Shown: piece after piece, positions 51,107 through 60,882 of the stretch
Position numbering within the stretch: the stretch's first letter is position 1
Layout of the letters: each line of letters starts with the position of its first letter
Notes under the pieces: generated by a model
Told to the model about the DNA's origin: nothing
Databases searched by the model: none
The model's input: only the letters and a program-made list of their open reading frames with translations
Made by a program: the position numbers and the translations under genes
Assembly (NCBI GenBank): GCA_902573115.1
Contig: CACGIM010000002.1
Coordinates: 11,649 to 75,648 of the forward strand
DNA from: an uncultured Candidatus Poseidoniales archaeon
GTDB taxonomy: Archaea; Thermoplasmatota; Poseidoniia; Poseidoniales; Thalassarchaeaceae
Direction of reading: 5' to 3'
DNA: 64,000 bases

Positions 51107-51181
51107 AGGTTAACCTGATAGTGCTGCGATAGACAATAAGCCCTTGAATCAACCGCATGGTAGGCCAACCCTCATGGCCTA

Positions 51182-52187
51182 ATGGGTCAGCCAAAGAATA
51201 TGGCCAGAGCCTTCGCCCCGGGCAAGTGTATTCTTTTCGGTGAGCATGCTGTTGTTTTTGGACATCCTGCAGTAGCGGTTGCAGTTGACCAAGGGGTCAC
51301 GGTTTCCCTGAGAGAGTCCGATAACTGGAAGCTGGGGGGGGTCTTATTTTGATCCGTCCCAACACCCTCATATTACCCATATAATGAAAAATGTATACAG
51401 TTATTCGGGAAAACCATTGGACATAGAGGTACATAGTGACCTATTTTCAGCTGCGGGCATGGGGTCTTCGGCTGCACTCTCAAATGCATTTGGTGCTGCT
51501 ATGCATATGCTAATTTACCCAGACGAAGATCTGGATCAAATAAAGATGGCCAAATTAGCACATTCTGCCGAAGCTACTGCTCAGAAGGGTAGGGCAAGCC
51601 CCACGGATACGGCCACCAGCGCATTAGGTGGTTGTGTAGTCGTTTCAGGAGTAAAGGTACCAGGAACGAGGCATGTGTTCGATACTAGTCTTGAAACCCC
51701 GGAGGGAAAGAGAAAATGGGCAATAAATGCGGTCGATATTCCAGAGGGGATTAGCGATTCATGGCTGGTGATTGGATACTCTGGAGTTGGCTCGCCCACG
51801 GGAAGAATGGTCGCCAAAGTGGCCAAGCTGATTAGTGAAATGCCTCAGAAGATAGAGGAAATGAAGGCGATTGCAAATATTACTAATGCAGGACTTACCG
51901 CACTCTCTGCTGGTAATTTAGAAGCTCTTGGAATCGCCATGGATGCTTGTCACGAAAAGTTACAAAAATTGGAGGTTAGTACGCCAGACCTCGATCGGAT
52001 GGTTGAGGCTTCAAGACCTTACTCGCTTGGTGCAAAATTAACCGGTGCGGGAGGAGGGGGTTGTATGGTTGCTTTGACTCGTGATCCAGACAGGGTATCC
52101 GAAGCTATCGAGGTCTCGGGAGGGGTTCCGCTTAGGTCAAAACTTGGTTCTGAAGGAGTTAGAGTCTACCGGGAAAAAATACAATAG
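51182..52187 (+). CDS. mvk: Mevalonate kinase, split by a +1 frameshift at G8 (51334-51341); likely assembly indel
   Basis: 5' frame [16 protein letters not shown] stops at 51352; 3' frame has [24 protein letters not shown]; removing one G joins them. Confidence 0.85.
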
Positions 52188-52220
52188 GTGTTTCCAATGT
52201 TAAATTTCTTTATATTATCA

Positions 52221-52228
52221 TTTATAAG
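52221..52228 (+). promoter_or_regulatory. Putative TATA box of tbp (leaderless spacing)
   Basis: TTTATAAG 22-29 bp upstream of ATG 52250 in AT-rich context. Confidence 0.55.
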
Positions 52229-52249
52229 TCAAAGTTAATTCGAAGTCCT

Positions 52250-52966
52250 ATGTTAAGTGATGAAGAAAGACTAACCGTAGTTAATGTTGTAGCCTCGACC
52301 AGGGTAGCTGAGGAGTTAGATCTACCAGACATTGCAATTCAATTAAATTGCGAATATGAACCTGAACAATTCCCCGGGGTTGTTTACAGAGTTGTGGACC
52401 CAAAGTTAGCTATCCTAATGTTTAGATCTGGAAGAGCTGTTTGCACTGGCGGAAAGAACGAGGACAACATCCAAACCGGAATCGAGAGGATGATCGGAGA
52501 CCTTAGAGATGCTGGAATCGACACATGGGACCTGAAAGACGTTGAGATCGAGGTCCAGAACATGGTGGCTACTTACTCTCTTTTCTACCCAGAGGACTAT
52601 GGTGAGGTGGCCAGAATGGATGATATCAACACTAAGGTCATCGACGAAAAAGGCGGAGGAATTCGAGCGGCTACTGATGAAGAAGTTGAGAACGAAGATC
52701 CGAGGATAAGAGGAATTCTGCAAGGAGAGCCCTTAGCTGCTCTCCCGAGGAAGCTCAATCTCAACAACCTAACATTCCATTTACCATTCGATAAAGTCGA
52801 ATACGAACCAGAACAGTTTCCTGGTCTCATTTACAGACTTGATTATCCTCGAGTTGTTTGTCTCATATTTGGAAGCGGAAAAATGGTCATTACTGGAGCT
52901 CGTCACAAGGATGAGATTTTAGAGGCTGTTGAGCAAATAAAGGATGAGCTTGCAGATCTGCTCTGA
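52250..52966 (+). CDS. tbp: TATA-box binding protein with insertion in second repeat
   Basis: Two repeats: NVVAS..EYEPEQFPGVVYR..FRSG..CTG and NMVAT..EYEPEQFPGLIYR..FGSGKMVITG. Confidence 0.95.
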   Translation: MLSDEERLTVVNVVASTRVAEELDLPDIAIQLNCEYEPEQFPGVVYRVVDPKLAILMFRSGRAVCTGGKNEDNIQTGIERMIGDLRDAGIDTWDLKDVEIEVQNMVATYSLFYPEDYGEVARMDDINTKVIDEKGGGIRAATDEEVENEDPRIRGILQGEPLAALPRKLNLNNLTFHLPFDKVEYEPEQFPGLIYRLDYPRVVCLIFGSGKMVITGARHKDEILEAVEQIKDELADLL

Positions 52967-52977
52967 GACTCGGACCA

Positions 52978-55900
52978 ATGTTATTGAGCAAACCGACATC
53001 CAGCGGCATGCGCCGGCCCTCAATCACGATTCTTGTAATGGCACTGATCACAACAGCGCCTATTTCAATGAACATCCCACTGAGCATTTCACCTGAAATT
53101 TCCTATGGTCCCGATTTGGATTCTAGATTAGAAGTACAGGCAAGAACTACTTTCAGCTCTGAAGTACCAGTTTGGCGCGTGAACGACAATTGGATGTACG
53201 ATGGCTACCTAGACGTGGCAGACTTCGTTGCTGGATCGGGGGTCTCGACCGACGTAGAGACACTTGAAGGCAGTCTCGACCGAACTGTCGAAGACGTATA
53301 TGTAACTGATATCGAGAACAATGATACTCTGGTTTACAGAGTTGTCTCTGTAGGAGAGTATGATTCAGATGGCCCCATTAGCATAGACGGAACGAATGGC
53401 TGCTTGTTCGTGGAAATTGTGACTGATGAAATAATGAGAGCTTCCGATTTGGCGACCTACTCTCAAGAAGCATCGGTTAATGTTTACTTTTGGCCATCGT
53501 TTTTCGGAACCTGTGTATCTTGGTTGAATGAATCGATTGGCGTCTTATCTGTAGAAAATACATTCGTCCCACCTTTGGAGAATTATGATTTCCCGATCTC
53601 TGTTGGAGAGTCTTGGCAAATGGGATACCAACAAGACATTGAATTCAGCGGATCTAGCAACTATGTAGACATACCAAATGATACAAGCGATACTAACTCT
53701 TCCAGTTGGACAGTGGTCAGCCAAGGTAACTCGGGTGTTTCATACCCTGGTTGCTACCAGTCTTTCAATGTCACAAACTACGATTCTAACGGCGATGAGG
53801 TTGGGTACAACTGGTTCTGTCCTGCAATAAGGGGGGAAATAAAGAGCTCGTTTGTCCAAGCATTCGGTTTTGTCGCTGTGCACGAGCTAGTTGCATACCA
53901 ACCAGTGACTAGGTCAAAGGAAATCACAATTGACGTGGAATACCCCCTCTCTCCGACTGATATAGAAATATCCACATGGATCAATGTCACCCAGGGGGGG
54001 CAACCAGTGTCCGGACAGAGCTTGCAATTCAGATACGAGTCTGAAAATTATACAGAGAACATTACTACTGAGGCCAATGGATCTTATCATCTCACTATTA
54101 ATTCTGGGAGTCAACCAGATGACTCATTTGGCCAGGGCGAGCTGGGCAGTCATGGATTGGTAGCATGGATCGAGACTTCCAGAATAATAGGGGCTAAAAC
54201 TCTGATTATCGACTCAAACATCCATGAAATCGATCTTGTCACAAAATCTGAAGGAGTATCGGTTCAAAGATATAGGCCCCATACAGGTAACATGATTACT
54301 CTTGATTCTGATATTAGCTTCTCTGCTATATCTGGAGATGTTCTTACATTCTCAATTCCTGTCCTAAATAGGGGACTAGCCACTTCTCCTGAGTCTACAA
54401 TGGCAATCAATTCCCCGGATGGTACATCTGTTTACGGAATAGTACCTCAACTCAATAGCCTTCAAGAGTCGCGAATTGAGCTGAATTGGACAGTCCCAGA
54501 ATCCCAGACCTTCGGAAATGTTTACCTTTATTTCGAGATAGATCCAGACGAGCAGATAACAGAGGACGGTAATAGGTCGAACAACCAAGGATCCTTTTTT
54601 CTCTACATAGGAGCCTTGCCTGTAGCCGCACTCTACGCTCAGTCCGAGGCCATGACCTTCGAATCGATTGAAATTGACGGTAGTTCGTCCTATGACCCAG
54701 ATGAGGGGGATATTTCTTGTCTTTTCCAAATTGATGACGTGGGCGGTAGCACATACGAAATTGAGGATGACGACTGTGTTTTGCAGACATCATGGCAGGA
54801 CGATGGCAACTACAGTGTTACTCTTGTTGTGACCGACTCGGAAAGCGACTCAGATTACACAATTTTACAGATATCGGTATTGAATAGGCCACCACAGGTA
54901 GAAATCGGTGCTGACTCGGAAGAGGTGGTTGTAACTGAACAAATAATCTTCAGAATCATAAATAGTAGTGACCAAGATACTCAGAATCCATCGGCCCCTA
55001 TTGAGTTTAAGTGGGACAAGGAATGCTTGGAGGGCAGGGTAAGCCAAGTTTGTACCCTAAATCCAATGGATGAAGGAAATTTCACCGTGAATCTAGAAGC
55101 TACAGATGACGACGGTGCCAAAACAACTACTGAGCACACAATTGGCGTAATCAATCTCGCACCCAGCAATCCCGTGGCTGAGCTATATTTGGAAGAAGTT
55201 CGGATTTTCCCAGACAGCAGGGGGGTGTTCACGGTAAATGAGGGGGAGGTGGTGACTTTTTGGGGTCAAGCAGAGGATTCTCCCAATGATTTGGATTCAT
55301 TAATTCAAGTTTGGAGGCCGGATGCAGAAGACTATCCTGAGTGGAATTTCACAAGTATTGGGCAAAGGAGTACAGTGTACAACGTTTCTTACAATACTTC
55401 TGGAATGCACCTTGCAACACTTCAAGTCTTTGACAATGATGCTGAGAGCTCAGAGTTATTGATTATTCCAATTCAAGTAAACAACCTCCCACCTGAGATC
55501 TCCCCGATTACAACAATTCTAGGGGACTTGGAAGAGGACGAAGAATTTACTATTTATCCGACCGTTGAGGACTCTATGAACGACTTTGGTAGTCTGACTT
55601 ATTGCTTCGACATGGACCCGGCCCTCGATACAGACTCAGATGGATTATTATCGAACGATTGCAATATAGAGTCACCAGTCCTCACTCACTCTTGGCCTGA
55701 CTCCAAGAGCGCTCCTTCGTCAGTAGTTTTCTTTGTTTTTGATGATGATGGGGATGCAGATTCTGTAGAGTTCAAGTTTAATGTCATAAACTCGCCTCCC
55801 GACGCTCTAGCTTCTGCGAGCGAATCAAATCCCACCGAGGGTGATAAAATAATTCTTAGTGCAAATGGGACTGTAGATTCCCAAGCCGATATGGACTCGC

Positions 55901-56478
55901 TGATTTTTCAATGGGACACTGACGTATCAGTGGACTCCGATGGTGATGGGGATCCAACAAACGATGTTGACTACACGGGAAGGTGGATTGAGATCTCATA
56001 TGAATCAGGAGGATCAAAGACAGCTAAGCTAACTGTTCTTGATGATAGCGGATCAAGAAACTCAATAACAATGGAAATTGAAGTGGCGGAATCGCCCCGG
56101 AGCATCGCAGGAACTGTAGCTTCCAACATAGTAATTATTGCGATAATAGTCCTAACATCTTTGGGTGGTGCATTTGTTGTTTTGAGGGGTACGGGGAAGC
56201 AAGAAAATCAGAAAGACGAAGAAGAAGAAAGGTTTGACTATGATTCTGCTTTTAGCGAGATGGAGGAAGGGGACATAGAAGATAACAGTGCTCCTGCATC
56301 ATTCGAATCGGAATTCTCATCTGATGAGGAAATAAATATACCCGGAATTGATGAGGTGATAAGGGAGCTATCGGACTTAGATGAAGAACAAACTAATGAA
56401 GTCCCCCGCGCACCTGACTTGGGTGAAGAAAAACCTAATTTGGACCTTGATGACATAGAAGCACTCTTTGAGGAGTAG
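52978..56478 (+). CDS. Large acidic surface protein with CARDB/PKD/Ig repeats and C-terminal TM
   Basis: Signal peptide; DGSSSYDPD, VTLVVTD, NRPP/NLAP/NLPP/NSPP domain junctions, DSDGDGDPTND; TM plus acidic tail. Confidence 0.85.
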   Translation: MLLSKPTSSGMRRPSITILVMALITTAPISMNIPLSISPEISYGPDLDSRLEVQARTTFSSEVPVWRVNDNWMYDGYLDVADFVAGSGVSTDVETLEGSLDRTVEDVYVTDIENNDTLVYRVVSVGEYDSDGPISIDGTNGCLFVEIVTDEIMRASDLATYSQEASVNVYFWPSFFGTCVSWLNESIGVLSVENTFVPPLENYDFPISVGESWQMGYQQDIEFSGSSNYVDIPNDTSDTNSSSWTVVSQGNSGVSYPGCYQSFNVTNYDSNGDEVGYNWFCPAIRGEIKSSFVQAFGFVAVHELVAYQPVTRSKEITIDVEYPLSPTDIEISTWINVTQGGQPVSGQSLQFRYESENYTENITTEANGSYHLTINSGSQPDDSFGQGELGSHGLVAWIETSRIIGAKTLIIDSNIHEIDLVTKSEGVSVQRYRPHTGNMITLDSDISFSAISGDVLTFSIPVLNRGLATSPESTMAINSPDGTSVYGIVPQLNSLQESRIELNWTVPESQTFGNVYLYFEIDPDEQITEDGNRSNNQGSFFLYIGALPVAALYAQSEAMTFESIEIDGSSSYDPDEGDISCLFQIDDVGGSTYEIEDDDCVLQTSWQDDGNYSVTLVVTDSESDSDYTILQISVLNRPPQVEIGADSEEVVVTEQIIFRIINSSDQDTQNPSAPIEFKWDKECLEGRVSQVCTLNPMDEGNFTVNLEATDDDGAKTTTEHTIGVINLAPSNPVAELYLEEVRIFPDSRGVFTVNEGEVVTFWGQAEDSPNDLDSLIQVWRPDAEDYPEWNFTSIGQRSTVYNVSYNTSGMHLATLQVFDNDAESSELLIIPIQVNNLPPEISPITTILGDLEEDEEFTIYPTVEDSMNDFGSLTYCFDMDPALDTDSDGLLSNDCNIESPVLTHSWPDSKSAPSSVVFFVFDDDGDADSVEFKFNVINSPPDALASASESNPTEGDKIILSANGTVDSQADMDSLIFQWDTDVSVDSDGDGDPTNDVDYTGRWIEISYESGGSKTAKLTVLDDSGSRNSITMEIEVAESPRSIAGTVASNIVIIAIIVLTSLGGAFVVLRGTGKQENQKDEEEERFDYDSAFSEMEEGDIEDNSAPASFESEFSSDEEINIPGIDEVIRELSDLDEEQTNEVPRAPDLGEEKPNLDLDDIEALFEE

Positions 56479-56492
56479 CCTGCGGGGCGTGC

Positions 56493-56963
56493 GTGGTTAA
56501 CCTATTCAGGCTTCTTGGACTGCCGAATCCAAGTAATTCCCCTAAGGTTGATTCAATGGGTTTGAAGTCTGCCTTCGAACCTGGCCCTAAAGCAGGAAAT
56601 AAGTTCCATGACCTTGGTGAGTCTAGATGGTCTGAAAGGACAGAAAGGATGACCGAGAGGCCCAATAGGAGGGTAATTTATCTAGAGCCAGACAATCTCC
56701 ATAGACTTCAAATGGATGGGATAGAAGGTAATCTTTCAATGGGTGATATGGTAATTGTAGATCTAAATTCTCTCAATCACATGCCTAGCCAGCAGTCGGT
56801 CTGCTCCAGAAGAGTACAGGATCTGGGAGATAGGACTGGACTTCCAGTATTCGCTCTGAATGAGGATGACACACTACTAATGGTGGCTGGGGCTAGAATG
56901 AGGGTTGACACACACAAGCACAAACTGGGATCACAAGTTTTGGAGAGAGCCATAGACAACTAG
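56493..56963 (+). CDS. Possible archaeal SepF-like (DUF552) protein
   Basis: C-terminal IEGNLSMGDMVIVDLNSL...LLMVAGARMRVD resembles the SepF core pattern. Confidence 0.45.
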   Translation: MVNLFRLLGLPNPSNSPKVDSMGLKSAFEPGPKAGNKFHDLGESRWSERTERMTERPNRRVIYLEPDNLHRLQMDGIEGNLSMGDMVIVDLNSLNHMPSQQSVCSRRVQDLGDRTGLPVFALNEDDTLLMVAGARMRVDTHKHKLGSQVLERAIDN

Positions 56964-56966
56964 CAC

Positions 56967-57170
56967 TTACTCCTCCTCTAGCCAATCGTCTAGATCTCCG
57001 TTTAGCACTTCTTTCAAAGCGTGGTCAGTAAAATCTCTGTATGTCTCCCATTTGGCTATCTCGGATACGTCTTCTGCCCTGGCAATCTTCCTTGATATGG
57101 AATCGTTTGAGTAGATTACGCATTTGCGTAGGAAGTTAGCAATCAGAGCTCTGCGTTCTTCTAAATCCAT
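56967..57170 (-). CDS. Small hypothetical protein
   Basis: 67-aa ORF tightly following bcp. Confidence 0.65.
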   Translation of the reverse strand: MDLEERRALIANFLRKCVIYSNDSISRKIARAEDVSEIAKWETYRDFTDHALKEVLNGDLDDWLEEE

Positions 57171-57174
57171 CGTG

Positions 57175-57651
57175 CTATACCTTCAGTGCTTCAATCAAAG
57201 TATCGACGTGTCCCTTGGTCTTTACTCCATACCCCGCCCATGAAATAGTGCCATCAGACTCAATTGCAAACGTTGACCTCAGGGTCCCCATGTATGTTTT
57301 TCCATACATGCTCTTCTCCCTCCAAGTGCCAAATAATTCGTGTAAAGAGGCGTCTTCATCAACGATCAATTCAAAGGGTAAATCATGCTTATCGATAAAC
57401 TTCTGATGAGACTTAGCCCCATCCGTAGAGACTCCAAATACACGCCATCCGCTTTCAGAGAGTCTGCCGAAGTTATCTCTGAAGTCACAAGCCTGTGTTG
57501 TACATCCGGGTGTATTATCACGAGGGTAGAAGTAGAGGATTAACCTATCTCCAGAAGATAATATTTCTGATAGGGAGATCGTTGTTCCATCGGTGATCGT
57601 TGCCTCGAAGTCTGGGGCCTTTTCCCCGACCGTCAACTCTGTTGGTGCCAT
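57175..57651 (-). CDS. bcp: Peroxiredoxin BCP/PrxQ
   Basis: LYFYPRDNTPGCTTQACDFRD, GVSTD, RSTF. Confidence 0.94.
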   Translation of the reverse strand: MAPTELTVGEKAPDFEATITDGTTISLSEILSSGDRLILYFYPRDNTPGCTTQACDFRDNFGRLSESGWRVFGVSTDGAKSHQKFIDKHDLPFELIVDEDASLHELFGTWREKSMYGKTYMGTLRSTFAIESDGTISWAGYGVKTKGHVDTLIEALKV

Positions 57652-57688
57652 GGCACTTCGGAAGGTCTAGGATTCATGAAGGCTACCA

Positions 57689-58252
57689 TCATTCGATATA
57701 CGATTTCAGAGATACTGAGGCAGGCATTGAGGGAGGTTCACTGAAGCCGAAACAGGTGGTATTCTGAAACTTCGCCTTAGACCCAATACTCACTCCATTT
57801 AGTGAGCCTTCCGCATCTAGAACTCTGGAAATTGATCTTACGGAGTACCACTCTCTTCTCCCATCCCTGGTTTTGCCGTGGGTGATTGTTCCGAAAATCA
57901 GTTTCCCAAAAAAAGCCTCGAATGAAGCGATGAACCAAAGTGGACGCCACAGAGGTAAAATTAGAGAAATTCCCCATCTAATTCTGATTGATAATGCGTC
58001 TGCGGAAACAAAAATCTCTCTCTTACCTCTTTTGACTTCAAAATCTACGATTCTCACCTCCTCGAATGTGTATATTCGGGAAACGTAATCCGCATGTGTA
58101 GCCGATGGAGAAAGAAGCACTCTAGTTCCATCTGGCTTTGCCCACATTATGTTTGTGAAATTGCCTAGTATTGACTCACTCCAATCGCCGATTACTATTC
58201 TGTGCCCGGTGGAGAATCCGGTAGAAGTAATTCTTCCTCTGAAAATATCCAT
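57689..58252 (-). CDS. Hypothetical protein
   Basis: 187-aa ORF abutting nth stop. Confidence 0.7.
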   Translation of the reverse strand: MDIFRGRITSTGFSTGHRIVIGDWSESILGNFTNIMWAKPDGTRVLLSPSATHADYVSRIYTFEEVRIVDFEVKRGKREIFVSADALSIRIRWGISLILPLWRPLWFIASFEAFFGKLIFGTITHGKTRDGRREWYSVRSISRVLDAEGSLNGVSIGSKAKFQNTTCFGFSEPPSMPASVSLKSYIE

Positions 58253-58900
58253 CTATCTCCCCATTTCCTCTTTTATCCTCTTCTTCGTTGCCGCCCATGA
58301 GCATATTGGGCACGACCTTAGATCATGCCTAAGTGCAGGGCAGTATTCTCTCCCAAAATAGATAATTTGTAGATGCCTCCTATTCCATGTATTTTTTGAA
58401 AAAAGTGACTTCAGGTCTTTTTCTGTCCTCTCTACGTTACTTCCGTTTGATAGACCCCATCTTGCCGCTAGACGATGTATGTGAGTATCAACTGGGAATG
58501 CTGGAATTCCAAACGCCTGGGCCATAACTACGCTAGCTGTCTTGTGCCCCACTCCGGCTAGAGATTCTAGAAATTCCCAGTCGGCCTTTACCTCCCCTCC
58601 AGCTTCTAAAATTTGTAGGGCCATCCTACTGAGATTTTTGGCCTTCGTAGGCGCTAACCCGATCTCTCTGATGTATCCATGTATCTCTTCAATTCCCAGA
58701 GATGCCATATCGGAAGGTGTACTGGCTGCCTGGAATAGATTGGGAGTCACCTCGTTCACCTTTTTGTCAGTGGTTTGTGCGGATAGCATGACGGCTACAA
58801 GAAGTGTGTATGGGTCTTTGTGATCGAGTGGTATAGGCGTTTCCGGATATAACTCGTCGAGTTTGGTGCCAATGATCTCGGCTTTCTCGGAACGGCGCAA
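58253..58900 (-). CDS. nth: Endonuclease III
   Basis: LLVAVMLSAQTTD, HhH LAGVGHKTA, VDTH, C-X8-C-X2-C; TTG 58900 preceded by GGAGG. Confidence 0.93.
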   Translation of the reverse strand: MRRSEKAEIIGTKLDELYPETPIPLDHKDPYTLLVAVMLSAQTTDKKVNEVTPNLFQAASTPSDMASLGIEEIHGYIREIGLAPTKAKNLSRMALQILEAGGEVKADWEFLESLAGVGHKTASVVMAQAFGIPAFPVDTHIHRLAARWGLSNGSNVERTEKDLKSLFSKNTWNRRHLQIIYFGREYCPALRHDLRSCPICSWAATKKRIKEEMGR

Positions 58901-58902
58901 GC

Positions 58903-59112
58903 TCAGTCCTCCATCCCTGGAACGTCTTCCCTCCATCCGATAATCATCCCTGCTGCAATACAACCAAAGAAGGGGATATAGCAAGCCAAGTACATCTCAG
59001 CACCCCACTCCTCAGATCCTCCGCTAATCGCCCAGCCTACGACAGCAAGAATCAGACCTGGTACTGCCCCCAATGACCCGAACAGTAGCGATCTTCCCAA
59101 ACCCATAATCAA
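58903..59112 (-). CDS. Small two-TM membrane protein
   Basis: Two hydrophobic helices; between symporter and nth on the same strand. Confidence 0.65.
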   Translation of the reverse strand: MIMGLGRSLLFGSLGAVPGLILAVVGWAISGGSEEWGAEMYLACYIPFFGCIAAGMIIGWREDVPGMED

Positions 59113-59135
59113 TTCACCAACCCGAGAGAATTGTC

Positions 59136-60833
59136 CTAATCGTTAGGTCTTCTCCATGACCATTTTGCCATAATAGCTGTTTGGGAGATGGACAAACCGA
59201 GTGCCCACCAGATCCAGATTGGCAAACCAAGTACATATCCTGAGGAGTCATCCCACCACCAAAAGTCTTGAGCTAGTACAAAAATGCCTGTCAACCCCAA
59301 TAGGTATAGAGCTTCATTTGATCCTGCCCCCCTACTTTCCAATGTTAATCGCTTCCCGGTGAATGCATACTGGGATGCTAGCAGGGCAAATATTGCCGCA
59401 GCCAACGATGGAACTACTGCAGTAGGAACCGCAGCCTTCACAGGTTGGATCCACCATCCATCAAATGATTCGGGGGAAAATAATGCAAGAAAAACAATCG
59501 CTTCACCAGCTAATATGGAGCAGACGACTGATCGGCCATCTATGTTGTCAGAAAAGGCTGTGGCAAATACCGAAGGGAACATTACCGCATACATTGAGAA
59601 TGCAAGGAGCCCTAAATCAAGGATTGAGAGATCCGACCAAAGGGATAGGACAAGACCGGTTATTGCCAAACTAATTATTACCGATTCTCTTGAAATAACA
59701 GGATTCTCTCCTCCTTGCTCTCCTATCCACGAAACAGACTCGCTCAAATCATCCATCTCACCCTGCCGGTGGCTACCTTTTGGAATTAGGTCTCTTGTCA
59801 CCAATGAACCAGTAGCTAGGAGCTGTGAGTCCATTGTGGACATGAGAGCTGCAAGGCCTGCAACAAGCACCAGTCCGCCAAGCCATTCTCCTCCAACTTC
59901 CATAATCATAGTTGGTAGGATATTGTCAGACCCAGTTCTGTCCAGACCTGGGTATCTGATGTGACCAATAATCCCGATCATTATTGGTGGGAGGAAGGCC
60001 AACCATGCTACTGCTGGGTATAAGGTAGCCATCTTTCCTATGGACTCATCGCTATCTGCTGCGCAAAGTCTCTGATATAGCTGGGGAAACATTGGGTCAG
60101 CGAAAAGCCACAACAGCATTGTGCTTGTCCAGACTAACAAGACATAATTTCCCTCCCTATTTAGAAGTCTTGAGGTGTCCTCGTTAGATCTGAGACTGTC
60201 CATGGCGGCCTCGATACCACCCGCATCTCCTACTACCATTGCCAGACCTACCCATAGCAACGCTAGAGCCAACGCTCCTTGGGCAACATCAGTCCTAACA
60301 ACTGCCTTCAGGCCGCCTGTTAGCGTATATCCAACTACTAAGACCGTTACAAGGACAGCTCCTACCCACTCAGGTCCTCCAAAAAGTGCAGAGAAAACTA
60401 TGCCTGCCGCTCTAGGTTGTAGAGCCAAATAAGGAATTGTGGCCAAAACAAGAATTGATGCCATGGTGATCTGGGCGTTTCTAGATCCGGTCTGGCCTCT
60501 AATCATCTCGGGCGCAGTGATTGCCCCATGTTGGATTGACCTAGCCCTAATTCTCCTTCCCAATACAAACATCGAGACGGCCATGAAGCCTGTCCCAAAT
60601 GCCATTATTGGTAGAAAGGAAAGTCCTACTCTGTATGCGGCACCACTTGATCCATATACCGTAAATGCACTAAAGTTGGTTGCTGCCATAGTAACTAACA
60701 AAATTGGCCCAGTCAGCCCCCTTTCAGCTAGGTAGTAAGATTCGTCTTCATTTCCCAAATCTCGTCTAGCCCAAATAGCAAATAGCATCATTGCAATTGC
60801 ATATGCGGAAACGATGAGCCAAGCAGAAGACAT
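59136..60833 (-). CDS. Sodium:solute symporter with fused C-terminal DUF3311-like two-helix module
   Basis: YYLAERGL, ATNFSAFT, GGLKAVVRTD, PQLYQR, AALMSTMDSQL; tail QDFWWWDD...GLPIWIWW. Confidence 0.9.
   Translation of the reverse strand: MSSAWLIVSAYAIAMMLFAIWARRDLGNEDESYYLAERGLTGPILLVTMAATNFSAFTVYGSSGAAYRVGLSFLPIMAFGTGFMAVSMFVLGRRIRARSIQHGAITAPEMIRGQTGSRNAQITMASILVLATIPYLALQPRAAGIVFSALFGGPEWVGAVLVTVLVVGYTLTGGLKAVVRTDVAQGALALALLWVGLAMVVGDAGGIEAAMDSLRSNEDTSRLLNREGNYVLLVWTSTMLLWLFADPMFPQLYQRLCAADSDESIGKMATLYPAVAWLAFLPPIMIGIIGHIRYPGLDRTGSDNILPTMIMEVGGEWLGGLVLVAGLAALMSTMDSQLLATGSLVTRDLIPKGSHRQGEMDDLSESVSWIGEQGGENPVISRESVIISLAITGLVLSLWSDLSILDLGLLAFSMYAVMFPSVFATAFSDNIDGRSVVCSILAGEAIVFLALFSPESFDGWWIQPVKAAVPTAVVPSLAAAIFALLASQYAFTGKRLTLESRGAGSNEALYLLGLTGIFVLAQDFWWWDDSSGYVLGLPIWIWWALGLSISQTAIMAKWSWRRPND
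59697..59759 (-). repeat. Copy 2 of a dispersed 63-bp in-frame segment (EMDDLSESVSWIGEQGGENPV)
   Basis: 51/63 nt and 15/21 aa identical to 33597-33659. Confidence 0.85.
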
Positions 60834-60882
60834 GTGTCCCGGAGGGGACCCCTAGCATTATGATGTCTGTGAGGGGGGGGAA

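Noticed and set aside
52570-52760. Intein in TBP
   Set aside because: Too short and lacks Cys/Ser start and His-Asn end motifs
59284-59964. 226-aa plus-strand ORF
   Set aside because: Antisense shadow of the symporter; no recognisable motifs
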